64,000 bases of DNA from Promethearchaeota archaeon (GCA_048939465.1 JBHLPL010000001.1:23562-87561); one strand, 5' to 3'; positions 1-10,253 are shown, numbered from the stretch's first letter. The notes: generated by a model from the letters alone, not told the origin. Program-made: numbers and translations.

Positions 1-129
1 GAGATTGCCTCTCTCAGAGAAGTTAGACTGGTACGACTAATAAAGGCAATTTCGCCAGCTGGGGGGATTTAGATGTCAGGGATGACGAGGCAATCGCCGG
101 ACCGAGCATATATAAAATGAGTAATTGAG

Positions 130-1011
130 GTGGATCTGATGCCAGAATTCAAAACAATACAGGATTTGATTCAGCTAGCTGAGAACAAGAATACGTCGAT
201 GGGACAAATAGTCCTAGAATGGGAAGCTGAATCTGCAGAAAAACCCGTCGAGGAAATACGGACCAGAATGAGAAACTACTGGCAAGTAATGAAGCAGTCT
301 ATTGAACAAGGTCTCACTCAAAAAATAAGGTCTGTAACGGGTTTGACGGGCGGAGACGCAAAAAGAATGATGGACTCGAAGGCAAGGATTATTTGTGAAA
401 ACATGAAAGGGGCCATAGCTAGAGGTTTAGCTGTTGCAGAAGTCAATGCGGCAATGAAAAAGATCGTAGCTGCTCCTACAGCTGGCTCCAGTGGAATAAT
501 CCCGGCAACTCTTTCGGTGACAGCTGAAAAGCTAGGAGTATCTGAAAAGCAAGTTATCCAAGCCTTATTCACCGCCTCTGGTGTGGGGGTAGTCATTGCA
601 AATAATGCGACGATTTCTGGAGCTGAGGGAGGATGTCAAGCCGAATGCGGAGTAGCCTCGGCCATGGCCGCTGCCGCCGTCACAGAATTGGCTGGGGGAA
701 CTCCAAAGCAGGCTGGGCATGCAATCGCTATCGCTTTGACGAATACGCTGGGTTTGGTTTGCGATCCTGTGGCAGGACTGGTAGAAATCCCGTGCATTAT
801 GCGAAATGTCATTGGTGTTGTTAACGCTCTGATTTCCGCTGAGATGGCGTTGGCAGGAATAAGGAGTGTCATTCCAGTAGACGAGGTCATTCTTGCTCTG
901 GATGATGTAAGCAAACGTTTGCCGGAAGAACTGAAAGAAACCGCTTGTGGCGGTCTTGCTATAACCCCCACCGGGCTAAGAATAAAAGAGGAATTTCTGG
1001 GGAAAGAATAG
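130..1011 (+). CDS. sdaAA: L-serine dehydratase (Fe-S dependent), alpha chain
   Basis: 293 aa; Gly/Ala-rich with conserved Cys clusters (GGCQAECGVASAMAAA, CDPVAGLVEIPC) typical of SdaA alpha chain; beta chain not in window. Confidence 0.65.
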   Translation: MDLMPEFKTIQDLIQLAENKNTSMGQIVLEWEAESAEKPVEEIRTRMRNYWQVMKQSIEQGLTQKIRSVTGLTGGDAKRMMDSKARIICENMKGAIARGLAVAEVNAAMKKIVAAPTAGSSGIIPATLSVTAEKLGVSEKQVIQALFTASGVGVVIANNATISGAEGGCQAECGVASAMAAAAVTELAGGTPKQAGHAIAIALTNTLGLVCDPVAGLVEIPCIMRNVIGVVNALISAEMALAGIRSVIPVDEVILALDDVSKRLPEELKETACGGLAITPTGLRIKEEFLGKE

Positions 1012-1023
1012 CTGTGTGGTCAT

Positions 1024-1899
1024 TCAAATAACCTTCTCAAAAACTAAAAGGTTGTACTCATCGGAAGGTTCAAAACCCATTTCTCTCAATTTGCTCGGTA
1101 TGGGTTCAAAATTGCAAGCAAAAGCATGTATCTTCTCTAGCTTCCGTTTTAGGGCATAGTTAAGCAGAAACCCCATCATATCGCCAACTGATTCGGGGTC
1201 TCCACCAATATAGCATGTTTGTATGGCCTTTATGTTCCACGCTTGCTCAATTCTATCGTCGAGAAGAATCACACCTTTAATCTTACCTTCCTTCTCTGAG
1301 ATTATCACTCTCTTGTTTCTCGCGAACGTCTTTGTATCTTCTTCTTCCAATGAATACCAAACAAAGAGTATGGTGTAGAGCCCTGAAGACTTGTCGTAGA
1401 CTGCTGAGTTCTTCAAGAACTCGTTTATTTTTTCGACATCCTCCTTTTTACCCCATCGAGCATCCCCAACATCCTCGAAGTAGTATGGTTCGCACTCCAA
1501 ATGCACGAATTCTGTAATAGGTCTGAATCCCAACTTTCGGGCAAAACCCTGGGCTATCTTGTTAATAGATATTATGCAGGACCGGCCTATCTTGGCTCCT
1601 ACTTGTTTGGCGAAAGAAAAACATTCGCGGTTAAGCAAAGTGGCGATACCTTGTTCCCTGTATTGAGGATCCACCCTTAATCCTTGGAACCAAACTTCGC
1701 CGGGCTTAGTAAGCAAAACGTGACAAATCCCGACCGGCCTTTCGTTTATTAGTCCTACGAATAACCTTCCCCTATTATCCTGAATCCAAAGGTCCCATAC
1801 TTCGGAAATGTAGTCCCCCCATTCCCATGTGTTCTGACAGAATTCTAAAACAGTCTCCTTGTCCGAGTTCTTTGCTTTGCGAATCTTGACTTCCCGCAT
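1024..1899 (-). CDS. GNAT family N-acetyltransferase (two GNAT-like halves)
   Basis: 291 aa; acetyl-CoA-binding motif RVDPQYREQGIATLL (Q/R-x-x-G-x-A) in N-terminal half; second acetyltransferase-like half. Confidence 0.55.
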   Translation of the reverse strand: MREVKIRKAKNSDKETVLEFCQNTWEWGDYISEVWDLWIQDNRGRLFVGLINERPVGICHVLLTKPGEVWFQGLRVDPQYREQGIATLLNRECFSFAKQVGAKIGRSCIISINKIAQGFARKLGFRPITEFVHLECEPYYFEDVGDARWGKKEDVEKINEFLKNSAVYDKSSGLYTILFVWYSLEEEDTKTFARNKRVIISEKEGKIKGVILLDDRIEQAWNIKAIQTCYIGGDPESVGDMMGFLLNYALKRKLEKIHAFACNFEPIPSKLREMGFEPSDEYNLLVFEKVI

Positions 1900-1924
1900 T
1901 TTGATGCATACCTTATCAGATTTG

Positions 1925-3481
1925 CTAATAACTTAGCTCTGTGTGTCTTTGGAGATAGGGATGGGGATCCAAGCTAGACCAAGACAAGTCAATATCGCTA
2001 CGCTGAGACATCAACTCCTCAAGTAATCTCCCTGCTTTCTTTGTTTTCCACCAATAGTCACCGTAGTCATGCTCTAGCAATTGTTCGAGTTCAGCAACTC
2101 TTACTGACGCAATAACATAGCTTGGACTATAAAGGTTATAACTCGGCATAACATGATGTAATAGCCAATAGTCACCTGGCAGTCTGTGGAAGAACCTCGC
2201 AGTTAGTTCTTCATAACGCTCGGACGCTCCTTCTATGCTAAGATTATTCCGCCAATATTCAAGTTTCAAAATGCTGTTTGCTGCATAGAAGACCAGAAAC
2301 CAAAGATTCATGAAATGCCTTCTATTAATAATATCATTGGCTACTTCTTCATTGAATTTGAATACTTCGTTTAGAACGAGAGGATTTTCGACGATGTGTT
2401 CAAAGAGAATAGAAAATGTCTCATCAACTCCGATTGGCGTGAAATACCGGTTCCATATTGGTTTATCCGAACGTGCAGATACACCATGTATTGCATGTCC
2501 CATTTCGTGAAAAACGCTGCTTGTATCTTCAAAAGGATCACTTTGTCTAAAAAGAATACGAACATCATTTGGAATCTGAACGTAGAAGGTTACTGGACTT
2601 GGCGTTTTTCCTGGACGATCTGCATCGTCTACATTGACCCGAGATAGATCAAGACCCATTTCTTCAAAAACATCTTTAACAATTTCTATGGGATTTTTCA
2701 ATTTGGCAAAACGTCTTTTGAGGGGATGATAGACCCTACTCCTAAAAACATACATATCATCATAATAATCAAAGGGCTTTCCAAAGAGCTCCTCAGAGTA
2801 TCTCTCAGCACCTTTCATGAATGGTGATTTAGCTCGATCACCTAACATTTCAAGTAGTCTGTGAAGATCCTCGTATCGAACATCTTCCCACTCCAGATAT
2901 TTCTCAAGCGCGGTGGTATTGTACTTTGCATACGTTTGTCTGGAGATTTCAAAGAATTCCTCTATTAATGATTTGATTAAGGAAGCTTTCTGGATAAATT
3001 CATCAAAAACCGCCTTTCTTTTACTGGGCTCGGCTTCAGAATTGAATTGACGCCAATTTCCCCAGTTGACATTTTCTCCTCTGAATCTTTCCTTGCTGGA
3101 GATAACTCTATTGCGTTCTTCGTGTAATTTGTGTGTAACAGGAGTTTGCTCAGAGACAACAATGGACTCAACAAGTCCCTGCTTCAGCCTAAGATTTTCC
3201 GGTTGATGCCGTTGGAGGAACTCCCTTGATATTCGAATCATATCCTTGGCTGCTTTTTCCATCCTGTCCTTATTTACGTCCAAACCAGCGTATTGATTGT
3301 ACAACTCTTCGGCCTCTATGCTGTACAGCATTTCCCATTCTTTGTAGAATTTTGAAGGTTCCACGTTGATCCCCTCAATTGCCCTTCTGCTTTTTGAGAG
3401 ATAATCCTTACGATTATTTATGTTTTTCTTCCACAAGGAGACTCCATCCGCGGGGGTGGACGTGAATCGAGTTGTGTTCAA
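1925..3481 (-). CDS. pepF: M3 family oligoendopeptidase (PepF-like zinc metallopeptidase)
   Basis: 518 aa; zinc-binding HExxH motif HEMGHAIHG and overall M3B architecture. Confidence 0.7.
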   Translation of the reverse strand: MNTTRFTSTPADGVSLWKKNINNRKDYLSKSRRAIEGINVEPSKFYKEWEMLYSIEAEELYNQYAGLDVNKDRMEKAAKDMIRISREFLQRHQPENLRLKQGLVESIVVSEQTPVTHKLHEERNRVISSKERFRGENVNWGNWRQFNSEAEPSKRKAVFDEFIQKASLIKSLIEEFFEISRQTYAKYNTTALEKYLEWEDVRYEDLHRLLEMLGDRAKSPFMKGAERYSEELFGKPFDYYDDMYVFRSRVYHPLKRRFAKLKNPIEIVKDVFEEMGLDLSRVNVDDADRPGKTPSPVTFYVQIPNDVRILFRQSDPFEDTSSVFHEMGHAIHGVSARSDKPIWNRYFTPIGVDETFSILFEHIVENPLVLNEVFKFNEEVANDIINRRHFMNLWFLVFYAANSILKLEYWRNNLSIEGASERYEELTARFFHRLPGDYWLLHHVMPSYNLYSPSYVIASVRVAELEQLLEHDYGDYWWKTKKAGRLLEELMSQRSDIDLSWSSLDPHPYLQRHTELSY

Positions 3482-3742
3482 AACCCCTCTTGAGTGTTTA
3501 TGGCAAGGGTCTGTGACCCTGAAAGGAGAGTTGACATAGGTAACAGGCTCTTAGGCTATATGCTTAAAGAAGGGCTATCCCGCAGTCTGTGGCTGCTTGT
3601 GACGGGAATTTAACCGGCCCCAAACCTCCCCCAATGTTCGTTACTCTGAAAAGAGACTTGTTAGCGTTTCAAAGTCCGAGGGAGAAAACCCCTTGCGAAA
3701 GCTGGAGGTAGTTCACTCAGAGAAGAAGGATTTGTAAAACTT

Positions 3743-5008
3743 CTAGTAATTAGGCCTCGTTTCTTTTCTCAGATGTTTATTTGGTGGAACATCTTTCCAA
3801 ACCGTCAGATTGGGGTCAATTGTGCTGCTAGGACCGATCTTCAAACCAGGCATAATCATAACCCCTATCCCAGTTTTTACATCATCCCCCATAATCGCCC
3901 CCAGTTTACGACGTCCACTATCAACACGAATTCCCTTTAGAGTAACTGGGATGCTCCTTTCATCTAGACGAAGATTCGCAGTAATTGTACCTGCTCCAAA
4001 ATTGACGTTTTCTCCTATAATGCTATCTCCGGCATAAGAAAGATGTGCGATATGGCTCCCGTCCAGAATCACGCAATTCTTTATCTCACAGCCATTACCA
4101 ATTCGACATTCTTTTCCAATGTAGGTGTTTGGACGAATATAGCAATTAGGACCGATATCGGCCCCTTCATCTATTAGTGAAGGCCCTTCAATATAGGAGC
4201 CCGAACGGATAACAGCCCCTGTTTTCACCCCCACAGACCCAACTAGGACTGCTCCGGATTCAATCTTGCCTTCGACCTTCAATTCTTCTTTATTAAGAAG
4301 AATCTTGTTTGCCTCCAGTAGATCCCAAGGACGACCTATATCAATCCAAAAATCTGACAAAACGCAACCATAGACTGTTTTATTCTCCCTGATCATGATT
4401 TGAATGGAATCGGTTATTTCGTACTCATTCCTTCTTGATCGAGGAGTTTTCTTAATAGCATCGAAAATGTCCGTAGATAAAACCATAATGCCAGAACTTG
4501 CCAAGTTACCTGTCATTTCATCTGGCTTTGGCTTTTCGGCAATATCAGTTATTCTCTGTTCAGTGCCAAGTTTAACTACGCCATACAGTGAGGGATCCGA
4601 TACTTCTGCCAGTCCAATCGTGGCCTCGCATTCTTTCTTTTCGTGATGCTCAATAAGCCTCGGATAATTTCTTGAGTCAGTTAAAACATCACCGTTAGTA
4701 ACAATAAAGCTCTCCTGACCAACAAACTCTTCGGCCAGAGCTATAGCGTTTGCAGTACCCAGCACATCTCGTTGAACAGCATATTCAAGCTCTAACCCGA
4801 GATCATCACCGTCTCCGAATAACTCGATAATCTTCTCCTTGAAGTGCCCAACAATAAGCAAGGCCTTTCTTATCCCGGCTTGCTTAAATCCATTCAAGAT
4901 TATCTCCAAAAGCGGATGCCCCGCAACGGGAAGAATTTGCTTGGGACGTGTCAAAGTCAAAGGGTTAAGTCTTCTTCCTTCTCCAGCTGCGAGAACTACG
5001 CCTTTCAT
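3743..5008 (-). CDS. bifunctional sugar-1-phosphate nucleotidyltransferase/acetyltransferase (GlmU-like)
   Basis: N-terminal MKGVVLAAGEGRRLNPLTLTRPKQ nucleotidyltransferase signature; C-terminal left-handed beta-helix hexapeptide repeats (IGKECRIGNGCEIKNCVILDGSHIAHLSYAGDSIIGENVNFGAG). Confidence 0.7.
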   Translation of the reverse strand: MKGVVLAAGEGRRLNPLTLTRPKQILPVAGHPLLEIILNGFKQAGIRKALLIVGHFKEKIIELFGDGDDLGLELEYAVQRDVLGTANAIALAEEFVGQESFIVTNGDVLTDSRNYPRLIEHHEKKECEATIGLAEVSDPSLYGVVKLGTEQRITDIAEKPKPDEMTGNLASSGIMVLSTDIFDAIKKTPRSRRNEYEITDSIQIMIRENKTVYGCVLSDFWIDIGRPWDLLEANKILLNKEELKVEGKIESGAVLVGSVGVKTGAVIRSGSYIEGPSLIDEGADIGPNCYIRPNTYIGKECRIGNGCEIKNCVILDGSHIAHLSYAGDSIIGENVNFGAGTITANLRLDERSIPVTLKGIRVDSGRRKLGAIMGDDVKTGIGVMIMPGLKIGPSSTIDPNLTVWKDVPPNKHLRKETRPNY

Positions 5009-5089
5009 TTAATCACCAGATAAGAGGTAAGTCAATGAATTTAAATAAACAACGGTAGTTCTGGAATTATCCAACAAAAACTCAGGACT

Positions 5090-5755
5090 CTACCAAATCT
5101 CTTCGTCTTCTTTCTTATCATCGTATGTTTTGAAGTGCCTATCTCTGTCTGTTGTATCGAAGCTGGAACGATCCGCTGCGGTGTAGCGCCTGACACCTTC
5201 GGTTCTACGTTCAAGTTTCACGGCCTTTTCTATTGAATTGTGAACCATTTTTGTTGTCAGTGCATCAAATGCTTCTTCTACATGTTCCCCCGTCTTGGCA
5301 CTTGTTTCGATGTATTCACTTCCGATTTCGTTGGCAAACCATTCTGCATCTTCTTGTCTGACCTCTCTCAGGTGAGGCAGGTCCACCTTATTGCCAATTA
5401 AGACAACTGGAGCGTTGGGAGCTCCGTACTTGTATAGTTCCTCCAACCAACCCACTAGGTTTCTGAAGGTTACAATCCTCGTTAAATCAAAAACCAGCAA
5501 AGCTCCAGCGGTTCCTCCGTAGAATGCACTTCTAACCGCCTTAAACCTCTCTTGACCTGCTAGGTCCCATACAGACAGCTTTACCGTTCCTTCATCTGAA
5601 TTTACAGTCTTGGAGAATATGTCAACGCCTATGGTCATTTTGTAGTCTTTTTTGATAAATCCCTTGGTGAATTGAGAAATAAGGCTAGTCTTGCCGACAG
5701 CACCATCCCCCAGAAGCAATGTCTTGAATACGTAGATTGACTCTTTTTGGTTCAT
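5090..5755 (-). CDS. Rab-like Ras-superfamily small GTPase
   Basis: G1 GDGAVGKTSL; switch I Thr in YKMTIGVDIF; G3 WDLAGQERF; G4 GNKVDL; G5 ETSAKTG; charged C-terminal tail. Confidence 0.8.
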   Translation of the reverse strand: MNQKESIYVFKTLLLGDGAVGKTSLISQFTKGFIKKDYKMTIGVDIFSKTVNSDEGTVKLSVWDLAGQERFKAVRSAFYGGTAGALLVFDLTRIVTFRNLVGWLEELYKYGAPNAPVVLIGNKVDLPHLREVRQEDAEWFANEIGSEYIETSAKTGEHVEEAFDALTTKMVHNSIEKAVKLERRTEGVRRYTAADRSSFDTTDRDRHFKTYDDKKEDEEIW

Positions 5756-5830
5756 GTATCTTCACTCTCATGCCTACGACTACCCGCTTGTAGAGACCCT
5801 AAAGATATCTTATCTTTCATGTAAATAAAC

Positions 5831-6349
5831 TTAAGTCTTTTTCCTATATTCGAGCATCCTCCTAGTTATCGCCTTAAATGCTCCATTAACGTTCTTCCCT
5901 GTCTTGGCACTAGTTTCCGTGTATCCGTTACCAGTTGTCTTTGCATTCTGCCTCGCTTTTCGCGTAGATACCTTTCTCCGGTTTGTAAGATCTGTCTTGT
6001 TTCCTATGGTAACCACTGGCACTTTTCCTGCATACTCCTGCATTTCCTGCATCCATTCAGAAAGCGTCTCAAAAGTCGTTGGCCGAGTTACATCATAGAC
6101 AAGTAATGCTCCAGAGGCCCCCTCATAAAAGCCCTTTCTTATTATCTTAAAACGCTCTTGACCGGCAATGTCCCAGATTGTTAATTTGGTCTCGCAATCT
6201 CCTAGACGGATCTGTTTGGTGAAAAGATCCACACCTAGGGTCGGCTTATATTTGTGCCTAAAGCGATTTTCAACGTATTTCAGTGTCAACGTAGTTTTGC
6301 CAACAGAACCATCGCCGATTAGCAGCAGTTTTAAGTTGTACTTCTCCAT
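5831..6349 (-). CDS. Rab-like Ras-superfamily small GTPase (tandem paralog)
   Basis: G1 GDGSVGKTTL; YKPTLGVDLF; WDIAGQERF; GNKTDL; ETSAKTG. Confidence 0.8.
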   Translation of the reverse strand: MEKYNLKLLLIGDGSVGKTTLTLKYVENRFRHKYKPTLGVDLFTKQIRLGDCETKLTIWDIAGQERFKIIRKGFYEGASGALLVYDVTRPTTFETLSEWMQEMQEYAGKVPVVTIGNKTDLTNRRKVSTRKARQNAKTTGNGYTETSAKTGKNVNGAFKAITRRMLEYRKKT

Positions 6350-6478
6350 TTTTGAGGACCTCTCAATTTTTCCCTTCTTAAGTAATTCTTGGAAGCAGAT
6401 TACTTAAATATTTTGCAATTCTGACACTGATTATTTCCGATATGCTCAGAACCATTCCTAATGGCTTTTGTTTCATAA

Positions 6479-7204
6479 TTAAAGACTTCTGAGCTTCCTT
6501 ACAGCTTCTGTAACTGCTTTATCTGGCGTTGGGGCCCTCGAAGCATTATGTATCATTCTTTGATATGATTCAAACCGTTCTTCCGTAATACCGAATTTGC
6601 CGCAGATCTCGCTGACCAAGTCCCCTCGTTTTGTTGCTGAGCTTTTGTTTATAGCAAGCGTGATATCCAGAATTGTAGGAAGAAGCTTTGTTTCAGATTT
6701 GGGATCCCCAAAGCACGATTTCACGGCGTCATACAATTCTGGGCTGGTAACCGTTGCGGTGGTTAAAAAGGAGCTTCGCGTCTCTGTTAATGTCGGTATT
6801 ACCGTCAAAACCAGAGATTTGGAGGAATTACTTATTCTAATACCGCCACCTTCCTCCAATTTTCTAATAGTAATGTCGACTTTACTCTTAAGACAATCCA
6901 GGCTTTTTCTCACTACTTCATCCGAACTTATCTCATATTCCAGTCTTCTTTTCATTAGATTCACCCCAAGAGGCACTTTCGGCAACAGGTTCCTATTTGA
7001 TAGATACCTATTTAAGAGAATTCTCTTAACATAGCTAAAAACATACGGTGATATTAATGAAAAGAAGATTGGTTGTATTAGCGTTGATTGCGGCGTTATG
7101 TCTTTCGATGTACACCTTTGCATTCTCACAAGAAGGTTATGTAGATAATCAAAGACTCTTGGCGGCACCCGCGTTTGCACCAGAGATTTCAAGCTTTCCA
7201 TCAA
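6479..7204 (-). CDS. hypothetical protein (start uncertain; 5' end overlaps the PLD-like gene, internal Met near 6955 more plausible)
   Basis: longest ORF in the gap; no recognisable motif; the overlapping plus-strand ORF 6597..7034 looks compositionally like antisense noise. Confidence 0.3.
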   Translation of the reverse strand: MMESLKSLVQTRVPPRVFDYLHNLLVRMQRCTSKDITPQSTLIQPIFFSLISPYVFSYVKRILLNRYLSNRNLLPKVPLGVNLMKRRLEYEISSDEVVRKSLDCLKSKVDITIRKLEEGGGIRISNSSKSLVLTVIPTLTETRSSFLTTATVTSPELYDAVKSCFGDPKSETKLLPTILDITLAINKSSATKRGDLVSEICGKFGITEERFESYQRMIHNASRAPTPDKAVTEAVRKLRSL

Positions 7205-8397
7205 CTAAATTCACTGGAACAATGAATGTTACAGCTTACACATCGCCCGATTCAAGTTATGATCTGACCCTAGAATACCTACGGAGTGCCGAATTCGAGA
7301 TCGACATCGAGATTTATTCAATAAGTAACGGTTTCCTTGTAAAAGAACTAAATGATGCGCTGGCCAGAAACCATACTATGGAGATGAACGTCATAATCTC
7401 TGAGGGACACGCTTCGGGAGCCGAGACTCACTGGAGCCGAGCGACCATGTACAACCTGTCCCAAGCCAAAATAAGCATTCCAGCACCCAATCTCGATATT
7501 TTCGAATCAAATGGAACTGAATTCACCTTTACTCACGCCAAGTTCATAATCATAGATCGCGAAGTTGTTTTAGTTCAAAGCTGCAACTGGGCCAAGACCG
7601 GCGTTCCGCCTGATCCAAGCAGCGGCCATAGAGAATGGGGTGTTGCCATAAAGGACCAAGATGTAGTTGATTATTTCCTTGATGTGTTTACTAACGATAT
7701 GCTCATCGCAACACCGTATACACCTAACATAGCTCATCAAGACAATTTCGGTTCTTCAATTGATACTGGCCCGTATCCCCACCCATTCTCCTCTCAAACA
7801 TTCGTAGAATCCATGAGTATTCAGCCAGTTGTATCCCCTGATAATTCGAACGCCACTATCGGACAACTCCTAAGATCCGCTAATTCTACCCTGTACGTTC
7901 AACAAATGTATATCAAACGTTATTGGGACAGTGGAGATGACTACTTCCTTGAGGAATTAATAGCCGCAGCGGGAAGAGATGTAACTGTCAAGGTAATCAT
8001 AGATGGTGAAAGCAGTGGAATGACTGAAGTTGCCAACTATCTGATTGATAATGGCGTTGCAGTAGCTTTCGATAATGATACCTATTTCGATGAGCCGCTA
8101 TGGACCCACAATAAGGGCGTAATCGTGGATGGAAAAGTCGTTCTCGTCTCAAGTATCAATTGGTCCCATGAGTCAGTTAATGAAAACAGAGAGACTGGTG
8201 TATTAATATACAGTCAGAACATTGCTAGCTACTTCACTCAGGTCTTCCAATGGGACTGGGATGCTGCTGAATACCTCGGCGGTGGAAACGGCGGCGATGG
8301 TAACGGGTTGCAGATCCCAATTGAGTATTTGGCAATCGGTGGTGTAGTTGGAGTAATCATAATAGCAGTGCTGGCACTTCTTACCAAGAAGAAATGA
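7048..8397 (+). CDS. secreted, membrane-anchored phospholipase D-like protein with two HKD motifs
   Basis: N-terminal signal peptide (MKRRLVVLALIAALCLSMYTFAFS); HKD motifs FTHAKFIIIDREVVLVQSCNW and WTHNKGVIVDGKVVLVSSINW; many N-x-S/T sequons; C-terminal TM helix (IGGVVGVIIIAVLALL) plus KKK. Confidence 0.7.
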   Translation: MILMKRRLVVLALIAALCLSMYTFAFSQEGYVDNQRLLAAPAFAPEISSFPSTKFTGTMNVTAYTSPDSSYDLTLEYLRSAEFEIDIEIYSISNGFLVKELNDALARNHTMEMNVIISEGHASGAETHWSRATMYNLSQAKISIPAPNLDIFESNGTEFTFTHAKFIIIDREVVLVQSCNWAKTGVPPDPSSGHREWGVAIKDQDVVDYFLDVFTNDMLIATPYTPNIAHQDNFGSSIDTGPYPHPFSSQTFVESMSIQPVVSPDNSNATIGQLLRSANSTLYVQQMYIKRYWDSGDDYFLEELIAAAGRDVTVKVIIDGESSGMTEVANYLIDNGVAVAFDNDTYFDEPLWTHNKGVIVDGKVVLVSSINWSHESVNENRETGVLIYSQNIASYFTQVFQWDWDAAEYLGGGNGGDGNGLQIPIEYLAIGGVVGVIIIAVLALLTKKK

Positions 8398-8580
8398 AGA
8401 ACTCACTATAAGACCTTTCACCTTTTTCTATTCTCAACACTCCTGGATAAATCCATCACAATAAGGGGGGCCTTTTGCCGATAGAGTTAAAAGAATCTGC
8501 TCATCTGTCTTGTTGGGTAATTCACAGGCGTTTCAAATGACATATCTTTTTGGAGATATTGCTGTGTAGCGTGATTTCAG

Positions 8581-10164
8581 ATGAGAAAGATTATTGAAAT
8601 CAACGCCCTCAAGAAAGATTTTAAAAAGGTAGACTTACGTTTCGCTCTAGTCTATCCGAATCACTATCGTGCAGGGATGAGTAGCCTTGCTGTCCACCTT
8701 ATTTATGAATTGATAAACGATCGAGAAGACAGTTTGTGTGAACGTATTTTCATGTCTACTCGTCCGCTATCTGTTGAATCAAGACAACCATTGTCAAGGT
8801 TTGATGTCGTGGGTTTTTCTCTTCAATATGAGACTGACTATCTAAATGTCCTAAAGATTTTGAAAGCTTCTGACATACCGTTACGCTCAGCCGATCGAAC
8901 AAGAAGTAACCCTCTGGTAATCGCGGGAGGTCCTTGCGTATCTGAGAATCCAGAACCAATTGCTCATTTCGTTGATGTATTTGTGGTTGGAGAGCTTGAG
9001 CCGATTTTCAATGACCTAATGACAACACTTGTTCAAACTGAGCCTAAATCGAATTTGGAGGAACTTGCAGAAATCAAAGGAATATATGTTCCTTCTCTAA
9101 ATCCAGAATGTGTTGAACGAGTCTGGGCAAAGGACTTGGATTCAACCTACCATTCGATACGACAAATAATCCCTCAGGTTGAAAAAGATGATGAGTATTC
9201 CCCTGCGTTTGGCAAAGCTCTATTGGTGGAAGCATCGAGGGGATGCTGCCATCGGTGTCGTTTCTGTCTGATAGGCTACCAGTGCAACCCCTACCGGGAA
9301 CGCAACTTGAGTCAACTGGCGGCGATTATTGAAGACGGTATCAGAAGCACTGGCGTGAGAAAAATCGCATTAATAGGTCCTGCAATATCGGACTATACTC
9401 GGCTTGAAGATTTATGTTGGCAGATAGTAAACTCTGGATTGGAGCTATCAATTCCGTCTCTAAGGGCAGATCATGTCACCGAAAATATGATACAAGCCCT
9501 TGTTAACGGCGGCCAGAAAACAATTGCCCTTGCTCCTGAGGTAGCTTCTACTGCTCTTGCGGAAAGCATCAATAAGGGAATTACTAAAGATCATGTGCTC
9601 GATTCAGCTCAAACAGCACTAGCCAGCGGAATCAAGAATCTGAAACTCTACTTCATTATTGGCCTCCCGTCAGAAACCGACGACGATGCTCTCCAGATAG
9701 CGTATCTTTCAAAGGAAGTCGCAGATTTAGGATTCACCAAACATTCTGTACGACTTAGCGTAAATCCATTCATACCGAAGCCCCACACCCCCTTCCAATG
9801 GTTTGCGCAGCCACCATTGGATATCCTCAGAAAGAGACTAAGAATCGTCAAGACTCAACTCAAGCATGATTCGAGAATTGAGGTTGAAAACCTTGATCTT
9901 AAATGGGGGAGAATACAGACTGCCCTCTCACTTGGTGACCGCCGGCTCGGAAACGTTCTAGAATCTGCAGCCATGCTCAACGGCGGACTGGGTGATTGGA
10001 GACGCGCCTTTAGACTACATGGCCTGAGAATAGAAGATTACGTCAATAAGCCCAGATCAGTCGATGACAGACTACCATGGAATTTCATCAAAGTTGCGGA
10101 CTCTAATCTTCTTTTAAGGGAATATCGAAAGGCGCTCAATTATGTGGCCCGGTCTCCGAAATGA
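8581..10164 (+). CDS. B12-binding-domain radical SAM protein
   Basis: 527 aa; N-terminal B12-binding-like domain; radical SAM CxxxCxxC in ASRGCCHRCRFCLIGYQ. Confidence 0.7.
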   Translation: MRKIIEINALKKDFKKVDLRFALVYPNHYRAGMSSLAVHLIYELINDREDSLCERIFMSTRPLSVESRQPLSRFDVVGFSLQYETDYLNVLKILKASDIPLRSADRTRSNPLVIAGGPCVSENPEPIAHFVDVFVVGELEPIFNDLMTTLVQTEPKSNLEELAEIKGIYVPSLNPECVERVWAKDLDSTYHSIRQIIPQVEKDDEYSPAFGKALLVEASRGCCHRCRFCLIGYQCNPYRERNLSQLAAIIEDGIRSTGVRKIALIGPAISDYTRLEDLCWQIVNSGLELSIPSLRADHVTENMIQALVNGGQKTIALAPEVASTALAESINKGITKDHVLDSAQTALASGIKNLKLYFIIGLPSETDDDALQIAYLSKEVADLGFTKHSVRLSVNPFIPKPHTPFQWFAQPPLDILRKRLRIVKTQLKHDSRIEVENLDLKWGRIQTALSLGDRRLGNVLESAAMLNGGLGDWRRAFRLHGLRIEDYVNKPRSVDDRLPWNFIKVADSNLLLREYRKALNYVARSPK

Positions 10165-10253
10165 GAATTCTATCGTTGTCTGTTTTTCTATTTGGTCAGT
10201 GATTCCGATGCCTTTATTTATGGCCGTTTCGGTTAGTGACATAGGAAACCGAG

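Noticed and set aside
318-971. Antisense/alternative-frame ORFs 318..596(-), 633..824(+), 636..971(-) inside the serine dehydratase gene
   Set aside because: They lie within a well-supported CDS, are Ala/Gly/Arg-rich as expected for shadow frames of GC-rich Gly/Ala codons, and have no motifs
3650-3700. RNase P RNA CR-I-like motif aaagtccgagggag
   Set aside because: The CR-IV-like aaccggcc lies upstream rather than downstream on the same strand and the interval (260 nt) lacks the other conserved regions; order incompatible with RNase P RNA
6597-7034. Plus-strand ORF overlapping 6479..7204
   Set aside because: Leu/Ser/Phe-rich composition typical of antisense to a K/E-rich frame; the minus-strand frame chosen is longer, though itself low confidence
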